A stretch of DNA of 64,000 nucleotides, taken from positions 9,653,991 to 9,717,990 of the forward strand of contig NC_079534.1 in assembly GCF_003711565.1 (NCBI RefSeq), written 5' to 3'. Positions 46,811-57,956 of this stretch are shown piece after piece. The notes beneath the pieces are model-generated. The model was not told the DNA's origin, made no database searches, and worked only from the letters and a program-made list of their open reading frames with translations. Origin of the DNA: Takifugu flavidus (lineage: Eukaryota). Position 1 is the stretch's first letter, and each line of letters opens with the position of its first letter. The translations under genes and the position numbers were made by a program.

Positions 46811-48879
46811 ATCACTCCCAAGTTATTAATTAATCCTAGACCAAAACATGGCTCCAGTTCATTTGAAAGCCTGACTCTTGGCATCACCCATCTGAACTGG
46901 AAGACAGAAAAGCCACTTTTGTTTGTAGTTGTATATCGGCCCCCTGCTGGGTCACATTCAGAGTTCCTTTCTGAGTTCTCTGATTTCTTATCTGACTTGG
47001 TCCTTAGAACAAACAAAGTCATTATTATTGGACACTTTAATATCCTTCTAGACGTAAATGACAGCTTTAGACATGGCTTCATTTCATTACTTGAGTCAGT
47101 TGGTTTCCTCCAGCAGATAAACCAACCAACTCATAGCTTCAACCACACCTTAGATCTAGTTGTGACTTATGGTGTTGAGGTAGAACATGTGTCAGTGTTC
47201 CCTCGGAACCCACTCCTGTCAGATCATTCATTGATAACTTTTATATTTATGATTAAGGATTCTTCTATCCTCAGAACACAGTCTTACTATAGCAGATGTC
47301 TTTCAGATAATGCTGTAGCTAAGTTTAAGGAAGCAATCCCTGCGTTGATCCCAGGATCACTGTGTTTCCCCAGGGATCAATCATTATAATCTTAGCCCTG
47401 CTGAGGTTGACTCTATTGCTGAAGGTGCAGCAACCTCACTGAGAATCACGCTTGATTCTGTTCCCCCCCTGAAAAAGAAAATAGTAAATCAGAGGAGGTG
47501 TGCCCCCTGGTATAATTCACATATCAGGACCCTCAAGCAGAAAGCGCGCAGACTAGAAAGGAAGTGGCATTCTTGTAAAATAGACAGCTATCATGTAGCC
47601 TGGAAAGACTGTCTATTAGTTTACAAAAAGGCCCTCCGTAAGGCTAGAACAGCTTGTTTTTCTTCTTTAATTGAGGAAAATAAGAACAACCCCAGGTTTC
47701 TTTTCAGCACTGTGGCCAAATTAAGTCACAGTGTTTTAGATCCACGTATCCCTTCTTCCCTTAGTGGTGAAGACTTCATGGGCTTCTTCACTGATAAAGT
47801 TCTAGCTATCAGAGAAAAAGCTAACCAGGCCATCCCAACTGGACCATCACCAGATGTGCTGACTGTGGGAACATACAGGTTCTCCAACGGGCCCTTAAAC
47901 TCCTTCACTCCTATATATTTTTCTGAGGCGTCCTTGCTAATTCAGAAATCCAAGTCCACCACGTGTCTCTTAGATCCCATCCCAACACACCTGTTGAAGG
48001 ATGTTTTACCATTGATAGGCAGATCTATCCTGGACCAGATCAATTGTTCTTTAGTGACAGGTTATGTACCCCGGTCCTACAAGGTGGCAGTGATTAAGCC
48101 GTTGCTTAAAAAAACATCACTGGATCCTGATGTCTTAGCAAATTACAGGCCGATATCCAACCTTCCTTTTATCTCTAAAATTCTTGAGAAGGTGGTGGTC
48201 ACTCAGTTACTGGAGCACCTGCAGAGAAACAGCCTGTTTGAGATGTTTCAGTCAGGCTTTAGAGCTCATCACAGTACAGAAACAGCACTTCTTAAAGTTA
48301 CTAATGATCTTCTTATCGCTTCAGATCATGGACTGGTCTCTATGCTGGTTCTGCTGAACCTCAGTGCTGCTTTTGATACAGTTGATCACAGCATCCTGTT
48401 ACACAGACTGGAACATGTGATTGGGATTAAAGGGACAGCACTAGACTGGTTTAGATCATATTTATCTGATAGATACCAGTTTGCTCATGTCCATGGTGTT
48501 CCCTCCTCATACAGTAGGGTTAGCCATGGAGTTCCACAAGGTTCTGTAGTTGGACCAATCCTCTTCACCTTGTACGTGCTTCCCTTAGGGAACATTATTC
48601 GGCAGCATGGGATACATTTTCATTGTTATGCTGATCACATCCAGCTTTATTTATTCATGAAACCAGAGAAGACAGAGAAGTTAGTGAAGCTTCAGACCTG
48701 TCTTAAAGACATAAAGTCCTGGATGTTTTCAAATTTCCTCCTCCTTAACTCAGGAAAAACTGAGGTCATGGTGTTTGGTCCTGAACCTCTCAGGGATAGA
48801 TTAGATCACATGATCACTCTAGATGGTATCTCATTAACATATAGTCTCTCTGTGAGGAATATAGGAGTAACTTTTGACC

Positions 48880-48969
<90 letters not shown>

Positions 48970-49020
48970 CTATATATATATATATATATCTATATATATC
49001 TATATATATATATATATAAC
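46810..49020 (+). mobile_element. LINE-A copy C (+), 5'-truncated: endonuclease remnant + RT; 3' tail replaced by a microsatellite
   Basis: ORF 46703-47389 (APE-like ...LLFVVVYRPPAGSHSEFLSEFSDFL...IIIGHFNILLD) and ORF 47712-49019 (RT: ...YRPISNLPFISKILEKVV...FHCYADHIQLYLFMKPEKTEKLVKLQTCLKDIKSW...NIGVTFDQNLS), then (CT)n. Confidence 0.85.
48880..49020. repeat. (CT)n then (TA)n compound dinucleotide microsatellite replacing the LINE-A copy C tail
   Basis: Direct read (ctctctct... tatatata...). Confidence 0.95.
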
Positions 49021-49059
49021 TTCTCTCCAATTGTTAATTTACACCATGTTTTATATTTT

Positions 49060-49470
49060 CTTCAAATTCATATTGTGTATGTGCGCGTGCGCCCTGGTGT
49101 GATGCGAATCTCGAGCGCTCAGGTGTGCGACAGCCACTCCCTCTCTTCAGGTACAAACAGGTAAGACTAGTATCTGACGAAGGAAGATCTGCGTCAGGTC
49201 TCAGGGACATCTGATTTTCTACTTACCAAGAACCCTTTCAGGAAAACGGCGTTGAATCGCCGAGAAACAGTTTGAATCTCTCTGAGTACTCTGAGAACTG
49301 ACACAGAGCAGCAAATGGTGAGTTTGCGGCGTTAACGGACTAACATTGATTGAAAACATGAAATTGGGCGGACAGGAGACGTGTTTAATGACGTAACTGT
49401 TGGGCAGGATCGATACGATAGCCTGGATTTGGATCTGGAGTGTGAAGAAACAGCTGAAGCTGTGAGTATA
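49060..49470. promoter_or_regulatory. CpG-rich segment; candidate promoter / 5' exons of the downstream modular gene
   Basis: Local CpG clustering (gcgcgtgcgccc, tcgagcgctc, gcggcgttaacgg). Donor-like ...ttcag|gtacaaacag|gtaaga near 49150-49165. Confidence 0.4.
49242..49317 (+). CDS. Modular gene: putative 5' UTR exon ending in the start codon (…cagagcagcaaATG|gtgagt); only the last 3 nt are coding
   Basis: Acceptor ccctttcag|g at 49239-41; ATG 49315-17 immediately followed by GTGAGT. Joins in frame with the next phase-0 exon to give MDKRGVFKGLFKK... Confidence 0.35.
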
Positions 49471-50183
49471 TCCAAATGGAACTTTAGCTGGCGGACGGAA
49501 GTTTTCTTGTGTTGACAGTCTGTTAGCTGCTCCCTAAAACCGCTAAAACAACATTTTATATTAGTCGGGGAGACAAACGGCTAAAATGGTTTCAATTTAA
49601 GCCTGCTGAGAGAAGCAGAAGTTGTCAGAAGTCAACGCTTCTCAGAGCTAAATTTAGACATGGTTTTTGGTTTTCCCGTTCCTTTCTTTTCTCCCTTACT
49701 TGTTGTATCTAATCTGTTACAATCAGTATTTCCTCTGTTTGCCTTACAGAAACAGGTGCCACAAAAATATGAAGAAATATTCATACATAACATGCGTTCC
49801 ATGCAGATATTTTTAGTCATTGGTACATACAGTAGATGTTTTGGTGTATGTATTATAAGAATTTGAGGAAAATAAATATACACATTATTGTTAGATCCAA
49901 CTTTATTGTCATTGCACATGTCCCAGGTACAAAGCAGTGAAAGGAAGATTGTCATGTGAGACTTGGATAGTTCATGGACCGCCATCTAATATAAATAATT
50001 ACATTAAGAACACAAATACACCATGGACCAAAATATAGACAATCTGACTGAATATAGCAAAAAGGTGTTCATCAAAGTTTTACATCTATTTTGTTTTCTT
50101 ATTTTGACTGTCTGCTCAATCACGTTTTAGGGGCGGGACAAATGTCACTATGTTTGAATATCAGTATTTTCCACACATTTCAG

Positions 50184-50249
50184 GACAAAAGGGGTGTTTT
50201 TAAAGGGCTTTTTAAGAAAACAACCAAAGCTGTTCAAGACCAACCGCAG
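50184..50249 (+). CDS. Modular gene exon (DKRGVFKGLFKKTTKAVQDQPQ); basic amphipathic GxFxGxFKK module
   Basis: Acceptor cacatttcag|gac; donor CAG|GTTTGT; phase 0/0. Confidence 0.6.
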
Positions 50250-50830
50250 GTTTGTAACAGTTTTCTTTAACCTTATGGACTTTTTAATAATGTCATTTAC
50301 TTCAGATATATAATAAAATATAATTTTATTAACTTTAAGTACACTCATGTAGTAATCAGTGATCTTCAGTTATTGTACATTAGGTAGGCTATTCAAGTGT
50401 CCCATCCTGTTCATACTGTAGGTACCTGATCCGTCATCTGTCATTGGACAATGAAACAGAAACACAGCCACTGATTTATCTTATATGTGTGTAGACTTGA
50501 AACTAGAGAATATGTGTCCATCTGATGCAAAAGATCAGATGTGGACTCTTAACTAGAATGGCCCCTCTGCTTGTCGCTGGAATTTGCCAGATTCGGTGCA
50601 TCAAAGATAACATACGGAGTAATATAACTTGAAAATCTAATAAAATGATTTGTTTATATCTTTGTCATAGTAGAACATGGACTTAGAAGATCCTGAACTG
50701 TCTGCCAGTTCCATCAGCTTAATTAGCAATAAATCAACAACAGTGAGTTTTTTCTGCTGCAGAGAAACTTTTCCTTAGAAATGGAACCATTCTGATTTTT
50801 GAAACCTGAACTGCCCTTTTGTGTCTGCAG

Positions 50831-50908
50831 GAAAAATCAAGTACAAGTGTTCTTGGTGGGATTTTAAGAAGGTCACCTAAACCAGGAAATGTCCGACGGC
50901 TTTCACGG
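50831..50908 (+). CDS. Modular gene exon (EKSSTSVLGGILRRSPKPGNVRRLSR)
   Basis: Acceptor gtgtctgcag|gaa; donor CGG|GTGAGA; phase 0/0; contains basophilic kinase consensus RRLS. Confidence 0.6.
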
Positions 50909-50990
50909 GTGAGACAAAATCTCCTTTTATGTGAGTTTAAAAAAAAAAAAAAAAGTCATCTGCAGAATACAGTCAGTAATTATGTTTCAG

Positions 50991-51053
50991 GATCTGTTGG
51001 AAAGTGAGATGACAGCAAGCAATGACAGTCTGTCTGAAACCAGCAGTGCAAAA
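50991..51053 (+). CDS. Modular gene exon, duplication copy 1 (DLLESEMTASNDSLSETSSAK)
   Basis: Acceptor tatgtttcag|gat; donor AAA|GTGAGC; paralogue at 54447-54509. Confidence 0.65.
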
Positions 51054-51159
51054 GTGAGCTTCATCACTCAATTCTTTCATTAGAATATGGAAACTGCAAT
51101 GACATAATAATGTTTTTGCTCCTAAATATATGTGTGAATATGACTTTTTTTTTTTAAAG

Positions 51160-51231
51160 GAATCAATGGGAAGGTTTAAAGGAATGTTTAAAAAAAACAC
51201 AAAGCTTCTTGAGGCAAAGACACAATCAGAG
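51160..51231 (+). CDS. Modular gene exon, copy 1 (ESMGRFKGMFKKNTKLLEAKTQSE)
   Basis: Acceptor (t)n taaag|gaa; donor GAG|GTAATA; paralogue at 55145-55216. Confidence 0.65.
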
Positions 51232-51321
51232 GTAATAACCATCTTTTACTGTGGGTTATGTCATTAAGATAATCAATTTAATGAAATCCTGACATTAATT
51301 GCTTTTATTTTTCACCTTCAG

Positions 51322-51372
51322 GATGACTTGTTAGCACTCTGCAGTGCTGACAGTCTTTCAGTGAATAAAAAG
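51322..51372 (+). CDS. Modular gene exon, copy 1 (DDLLALCSADSLSVNKK)
   Basis: Acceptor caccttcag|gat; donor AAG|GTGAGA; paralogue at 55304-55354. Confidence 0.65.
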
Positions 51373-51432
51373 GTGAGATTTGGAGAAGCTTTCCTTCACT
51401 ATGAGCATATTTCAATAACTCATGTGTTACAG

Positions 51433-51510
51433 GAGGCTGAAGGGATGTTCACAGGGTTGTTTTAAAAAAAAAAAAAAAAAAACACTCATGGAGCGGGGAC
51501 ACAAGCCCAG
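51433..51510 (+). pseudogene. Modular gene exon, copy 1 of the EA.GMFTGLFKK... module. Reads EAEGMFTGLF* because an expanded homopolymer (T4A19 vs TTTAAAAAGAAAAAG in copy 2) introduces a stop
   Basis: Direct comparison with the intact paralogous exon 55417-55485. Splice sites retained (ttacag|gag ... cccag|gttgct). Confidence 0.55.
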
Positions 51511-51601
51511 GTTGCTGCTGCATTCTTGTTTGTTCAATAAACCTCTAGTTATTCAGAAAAGATAACTGTATTAATGAGAAGATATCTTTTGTCTGCCACA
51601 G

Positions 51602-51648
51602 CCAGCGAGCTCTCTGGCAGCAATAATCTCACCAAAAACAACAACGAG
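51602..51648 (+). CDS. Modular gene exon, copy 1 (…SELSGSNNLTKNNNE), shortened relative to paralogue 55572-55640. A LINE starts 8 nt after its donor
   Basis: Acceptor gccacag|cc; donor GAG|GTGAAC. Confidence 0.45.
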
Positions 51649-51655
51649 GTGAACT

Positions 51656-54360
51656 CGATGAGGTGTTTCTGAGTATGTCCTGAACACCTCACCAGGGAGG
51701 CGTCCAGGGGGCATCCTGACTAGATGCCCAAGCCACCTCATCTGGCTCCTCTCAATGCGGAGGAGCAGTGGCTCTACTCCGAGCTCCTCCCGGACAGCAG
51801 AGCTTCTCACCCTATCTCTAAGGGAGAGCCCAGCCACCCTTTGGAGGAAGCTCATTTCAGCCGCATGTACCCGTGATCTTGTTCTTTCGGTCATTACCCA
51901 AAGCTCATGACCATAGGTGAGGGTAGGAACGAAGATCGAGTGGTAAATCGAGAGCTTCGCCTTTTGGCTCAGCTCTCTCTTCACCACTACGGACTGGTGC
52001 AGAGTCCGCATTACTGCGGATGCCGCACCGATCCGCCTGTCAATCTCCTGCTCCATTCTTCCCTCACTCCTGAACAAGACCCCGAGGTACTTGAACTCCT
52101 CCACTTGGGGCAGGATCTCTTCCTTGACCTGGAGAAGGCACTCCACCTTTTTCCGGTTGAGAACCATGGCATCGGATTTGGAGGTGCTGATTTTCATCCC
52201 AGGCACTTCACACTCGGTGGCGAACCGATCCAGTGATCGTTGGAGGTCACGGGCCGATGACGCCAACAGGACCACATCATCTGCAAAGAGCAGAGACCCG
52301 ATCCTGAGGTCACCAAGCCGGACCCCCTCAACACCATGACTGCACCTAGAAATTCTATCCATAAGTTATGAACAGAATTGGTGACAAAGGGCAGTCCTGG
52401 CGGAGACCAACCCTCACTGGAAACGAGTTTGACTTACTGCCAGTAATGCGGACCAAACTCTGATACCGATTGTACAGGGAGCGGACGGCCCGTATCGGGG
52501 CCCGGCACCCCATACTCTCGGATGACCCCCCACAGGACCCCCCGAGGGACACAGTCGAATGCCTTCTCCAAATCCACAAAACACATGCGGACTGGTTGGG
52601 CAAACTCCCATGCACCCTAAAAGACCCTGCTGAGGGTGTAGAGCTGGTCCACCGTTCCACACCCAGGACGAAAACCACATTGCTCCTCCTGAATCCGAGG
52701 TTCGACTATCCGGCGGACCCTCTTCTCCTGAATAGACCTTACCAGGGAGGCTGAGGAGTGTGATCCCCCTATAGTTGGAACACACCCTCCGGCTTCCCTT
52801 CTTAAAAAGAGGGACTACCACCCCGGTCTGCCAATCCGGCAGCACCTTCCCCGATGTCCACGCCATGTTGCAGAGTCGAGTCAACCACGACAGCCCTACA
52901 ACATCCAGAGCCTTAAGGAACTCTGGGCGGATCTCATCCACCCCCGGGGCCTTGCCACCGAGGAGTTTTTTGACTACCTCGGCAACGTCAGCCCCGGAGA
53001 TACGAGAGCCTGTTTCCAGGTCCCCAGGCCCTGCTTCCTCACTGGGAGGCACATTGGTGGGATTAAGGAGGTCTTCGAAATATTCATTCCACCGATCCAC
53101 AATATCCGGAGTTGAGGTCAGCATCACACCATCGCCACTATACACAGGGTTTACAGTGCACTGCTTCCCCTTCCTCAGACGCCGGATGGTGGTCCAGAAC
53201 CTTTTTGAAGCCGTCCGGAAGTCATTCTCCATGGCCTCACTGAACTCTTCCCATGCCTGGGTCTTTGCCTCAGCAACCGCTGTAGCTGCACTTCGCTTGG
53301 TCTGCCGGTACCTATCAGCTGCCTCAAGAGTCCCACTGGCCAGTAAGGCCCGATATGACTCCTTCTTCAGCCTAATGGCATCCCTCACCGCTGGTGAGAC
53401 AAGCACAGAGGTCCAATAACAAAACACCATTCGGGTTCAGATCAGGGGGGCCGTTCTTCCCAATCACACCTCTCCAGGTCAAACTGTCTTTGCCACCGTG
53501 AGCATTGAAGTCACCCAGGATGACGAGGGAGCCCCCAGAAGGAGCACTCTCCAGCACTCCCTCTAAGGACTCCAAAAAGGGTGGATACACTGAACTGCTG
53601 TTTGGGTCATAGGCACAAACAACAGTCAGGATCTGTCCCCCCACACGAAGGCGAAGGGAGGCTACCCTCTCATCCACCGGGGTAAACTCCAACATACAGG
53701 CACTGAGACTCCAGAGGGGTAGAGAGTCCAACCCCTCTCGAGAAGACCGGTTCCAGAGCCCTTGCTGTGCGTTGAGGTGAGGCCAACTGTGTCTAGTCGG
53801 AACTTCTCAACCTTGCGCACCAGCTCAGGCTCCTTTTCCACCAGAGAGGTGACATTCCATGTCCCTAGAGCAAGTTTATGCCGGATCAGACCGCCAAGGT
53901 CCGTGCCTTCGGCCGCTACCCAACACACAATGCACCCGATCCCCTTGGCCCCTTCTGCAGGTGGTGAGCCCACGTGAAAGGGGTCCCATGTTGCCTCTTT
54001 GGGCTGTGCCCGGCCGGACTCCATGGGCAGATGGTCCGGCCATCAGGCGCTCGCCAACGTGCCCCACCCCCAGGCCTGGCTCTTGGAGGGGGCCCCGGTG
54101 ACCCACATCCGGGCAAGGGAAACTTGGAACCAATATTGTTTCTCGTCATTTGGGGGTGATGGGCTACGCTTTGTCTGATCCCTCACCTAGGACCTGTTTG
54201 CCATGGGTGGCCCTACCAGGGGCATAAAGGCCCAGACAACAGAACTCCTAGGATCACTGGGACACGCAAACCCCTCCACCACCCCTCCTGGGCTACCACC
54301 TTATCGTGGTGGAGGGGATTGCGTGTCCCAATGACACCCCCACCTTCCTGGGCTACAAAA
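51656..54360 (-). mobile_element. LINE-C (minus strand, about 2.7 kb): AP-endonuclease + RT, 5'-truncated. Sits exactly between the two copies of the duplicated exon block
   Basis: Minus ORFs 53662-54024 and 53372-53731 (APE: ...[10 protein letters not shown]...), 52414-53430 and 51571-52362 (RT: ...FADDVVLLASSARDLQRSLDRFATECEVPGMKISTSKS...). 3' portion matches the 42072-42773 fragment. Confidence 0.85.
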
Positions 54361-54446
54361 ATCTCCTTTTACTTGAAAAAAGAAGTCATATAAAGAATAC
54401 AATTAGTAATCCAGTGCAATGAATATTAATTGAAATTATGTTTCAG

Positions 54447-54509
54447 GATCTGTTGGAAAATGAGTTGACAGCAAGCAATTACAGTTTGTCTGAAACCAGC
54501 AGTGCTAAA
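54447..54509 (+). CDS. Modular gene exon, duplication copy 2 (DLLENELTASNYSLSETSSAK)
   Basis: Acceptor tatgtttcag|gat; donor AAA|GTGAGT. Confidence 0.65.
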
Positions 54510-55144
54510 GTGAGTCTCATTACTCAAGTCTTCCATTAGAGTATTTAACAATAACACCTGATTGTTTGGCTTCTTTACTCTTTAAAACACATGAAACAGC
54601 AGAATCACACTTGTTCAGCACAGCCCGAGGATTAAAAGTTACAATAGTCCATAAACGTATATATGTCGTTCAAATTAATTTTTACAGCACTTTTCAGACT
54701 TCAGCAACTTAAAGGATTTTACAGTGATAAAGCACAGCATAATGAAAAAATGCACACAGTTAAAAGTAAAGAACAATCCTTCCTTCCTCGCATTCTCCAC
54801 AATTGAAATAACAGGCACAAACACGTACATATACCCGGGCACATGCTTGCACATAATAAGCTGATATGGTAACAAAAATGTAAAAATGCCTTTAAAAAAC
54901 TTAAAAAAAATTCATACCGCTCTCCTCAGATAATAACTTGTCACCTATAATTGGTCACAATGTGTTGAGAAGGGTGTGTATTTTAAAGGTGTGTTGATGC
55001 TATTGTGGCTGTTTGGAAGCATTGGCAGAACCTGCAGACATCAACAGTTCAGTAGGAATGTTGGTCATTGTTTGAGTTTATATCGGTCTGTTTCACAAAG
55101 TACACAATCTTTTGTTTTATGCCATGACATTTTTTTTTTTTAAG

Positions 55145-55216
55145 GAATCAACAGGTGTGTTTCTGGGAATTTTTAAAAAAAACTCAAAACTTCTCGAGGC
55201 AAAGACACAATCAGAG
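55145..55216 (+). CDS. Modular gene exon, copy 2 (ESTGVFLGIFKKNSKLLEAKTQSE)
   Basis: Acceptor (t)n taag|gaa; donor GAG|GTAAGA. Confidence 0.65.
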
Positions 55217-55303
55217 GTAAGAGTCATCTTTTACATGTGTTATATCATCAAGATAAAAAGGAAATACAGTGCTGACAATTTGACCTTTATTTTTCACCTT
55301 CAG

Positions 55304-55354
55304 AATGACTTGTTAGTACTCGGCAGTGCTGACAGCCTTGCGGTGAATAACAAG
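55304..55354 (+). CDS. Modular gene exon, copy 2 (NDLLVLGSADSLAVNNK)
   Basis: Acceptor caccttcag|aat; donor AAG|GTGAGC. Confidence 0.65.
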
Positions 55355-55416
55355 GTGAGCTTTGGAGAAGCTTTCCTTCACTATTAGCACATTTCAACAA
55401 CTTTCATATGTTACAG

Positions 55417-55485
55417 GAGGCTGGAGGGATGTTCACAGGGTTGTTTAAAAAGAAAAAGTCTCATGGAGCAGGGACACGAGCCCAG
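55417..55485 (+). CDS. Modular gene exon, copy 2 (EAGGMFTGLFKKKKSHGAGTRAQ)
   Basis: Acceptor gttacag|gag; donor CAG|GTTGCT. Confidence 0.65.
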
Positions 55486-55571
55486 GTTGCTACTGCCTTT
55501 TTGTTTGTTCAACAAACCTCCAGTTATTTTGAAAGGATGACTGTATTAATGAGAAGATATCTTTCTTTCAG

Positions 55572-55640
55572 AACGATTCATCCGCAGCCAGCGAGCTCTC
55601 TGGCAGCAGTGATAATCTCAGCAAGAACAACAATGATGAG
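55572..55640 (+). CDS. Modular gene exon, copy 2 (NDSSAASELSGSSDNLSKNNNDE)
   Basis: Acceptor ctttctttcag|aac; donor GAG|GTGAAC. Confidence 0.65.
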
Positions 55641-56702
55641 GTGAACTCTTGTTTCTGTAATCATGTTTAACTACCAGCAAAATAAACCTTAAGTGATGTT
55701 GATTTTAACATTGACATATTTATTTTGATGAGAAAGGAGGAAATTTAGAGGTGTGTTTATGAAGAAAATAGTCAAATCTCAGTCCGTCTCTTTTATGAGA
55801 AGCTCTTGTGTGACATTGAATCAGGGCGGAATATGTTTTATTAATTTTTCAGAAAAAAATAAAGTGACTTAAAGCATTTGCACAACAAATTTGTGGTCCA
55901 GTTTAACTTATAGCATTTAATTTAACAGCAATTTCACAATTTAACTGATATGTGCATTGTTGAGTTCTGTTCATTTGCCATTAGATATCAGATTACAGTC
56001 CTGGACTTGTAGCTTTTTCAGATAAGGTGGTGGAGCCAGCAGCCAAAGAGGAGCTGCACCCTAATAAATGCATGCAGCTGTTCTTCATTAACTGAACACC
56101 AACAATGCTCCTGCCGACACCCTCGTCTGTGGCTCTCCTTTAAGTTTCTTATTTTTACCAAAGAGGGCTTCATTAAGTTCTTCCTGACCTATTTTGAGGG
56201 GGTCTAAGGTCAGAGTCGCAACTGTGTCCTATAGCTGATGATTAAAGCCCTCTGAGACAAACAATGTTTTGGCTCAAACTAAATTTTAGCTGATTTAATA
56301 GTGATGTGTAAAACTTTTTCCAGTTTGGGGTTCTGTGTTTGCTCCTATATAGTAGAGCTACGGAGCTGAAACATGGAGGAAAGTGAATCTACCACAGTAC
56401 AGACAGGATAATAGGGGTACAGAGACATTTGCAGTGCGGTCCTTGTTTTTGGATTTTGTAAAAAAAAGATTATGCCGTCTTTATTTATTTCTAAATTTAC
56501 CTCTGGTCAGTTTGCAGAAAGCCATATAGATCACATATAGATCCAGCACTGGACTGTGTGTGGACCACTGTCTGACTTAATGAGTTGTAATTTTATTGGT
56601 ACATGGAGGCACAAGTGGTCATTTTAATTACATTCCCAATAGATGCTTAAATGCTTACCATTATCTACTTTGCTCAGATTTTTTTTTTTTACATATTTAC
56701 AG

Positions 56703-56768
56703 AAGAACTCAGGCTCTGACAGTGAGGAGGCTTTGGACAATGGAGAAATGCAGCCTGTCCAAAAACCG
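56703..56768 (+). CDS. Modular gene exon (KNSGSDSEEALDNGEMQPVQKP)
   Basis: Acceptor atatttacag|aag; donor CCG|GTATTC. Confidence 0.6.
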
Positions 56769-56856
56769 GTATTCTCGTTATTGCCTGTTTTTAACCAACA
56801 TTTCAGTTTGTCCTTGGCATTATTTCTCATGTCCTCACCTTTTCTTTACTTTTCAG

Positions 56857-56910
56857 TGGAAATTTACTGAAGGAATAGCAAAGATGAATCCTTTTCGAGG
56901 TGCCAACAGA
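56857..56910 (+). CDS. Modular gene exon (WKFTEGIAKMNPFRGANR)
   Basis: Acceptor cttttcag|tgg; donor AGA|GTAAGA. Confidence 0.6.
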
Positions 56911-57189
56911 GTAAGAGATTTGTTTTTGTCTGCTTATTTAATTATTTTTAATGCAACACAATGTCTATAAAAGTGTAAAAAAAAAAGTCTTATTTTTGAA
57001 ACACCTTATCTTGATTAAGCAGTTAGTGTCAGGTTATGAGGATCTACCAATGAGTTTAGGCAATAAACATGTGTTTTGATTTGTTTCTACCCCACTCGTA
57101 CCTTTTTCATAGGACAAGTACCTAAACTTACAATTCCACTACATTCACACGATAAAGTTTACTTACTAATATGAATGCTTTTCCTTCAG

Positions 57190-57246
57190 AAAGACACCAA
57201 ACACGCACACAAGAATGAGAGTCAACCGAAAGAAAACTGCAGAGCG
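57190..57246 (+). CDS. Modular gene exon (KDTKHAHKNESQPKENCRA)
   Basis: Acceptor ttccttcag|aaa; donor GCG|GTAAGT. Confidence 0.6.
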
Positions 57247-57956
57247 GTAAGTTTGTTGTCATCTGTGGGCACAAATGCCGCCAATCAACTAATAACTCCT
57301 TCTCTTCTTCTTTTTCTTATCTTCTTCTGTTTAACGTATCCTGATCTACACTTTTTTTTTAAAAACATGAAATTCTGCCCTGCTAACTTCAAAATCTATA
57401 TACTTTCCAACTTGTGTTTCACACTGAAATTGTGTGTATCCTTGTTAGGTCAAAAGTAACTTATTTGAGCTGGAGACAAACGAAAGCAGTAAAATACCAC
57501 CAGTCCCACCCAGACCATCTGATGAGGTGTGAAAACATTGAAATAACTACCTCTCATGTGTGGCACTGCTTTGACTCCAACGCTGGCAAGCAGTTTACAT
57601 TTTTGCTGTTATCATATATGCATAGGAGATGAAAGGGGTGATGGCATACAGGAAAGCAAACTAGTGATATGTTATTGTCTTCATTTCTTTATATGAACAG
57701 TACAGAAAAATGTGGATTTTATTATATATGTAAACACCAAGGATAACCGGTCTATGTGATACTTTACTTGTTGGATGTCAAGTATTGGTGATTATCCTTT
57801 TAAAAATAGAGAAAATATTTGATGTGAATGAGAATAGTAGCTAAGAGCTACTTGGGAGAAAAAAAAGGAAATCTCATTTATATGCGTATACATACATTTT
57901 GTGTGTGTGGAGATGGGCACACATACAGATATACCCAAAGAGGTCACTCTTAAATA

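Noticed and set aside
47712-49019. 435-aa ORF as a candidate cellular gene
   Set aside because: Reverse-transcriptase domain of a LINE (YRPISNLP…FADD-type motifs), paralogous to the fragments at 2400-5650 and 8941-10070.
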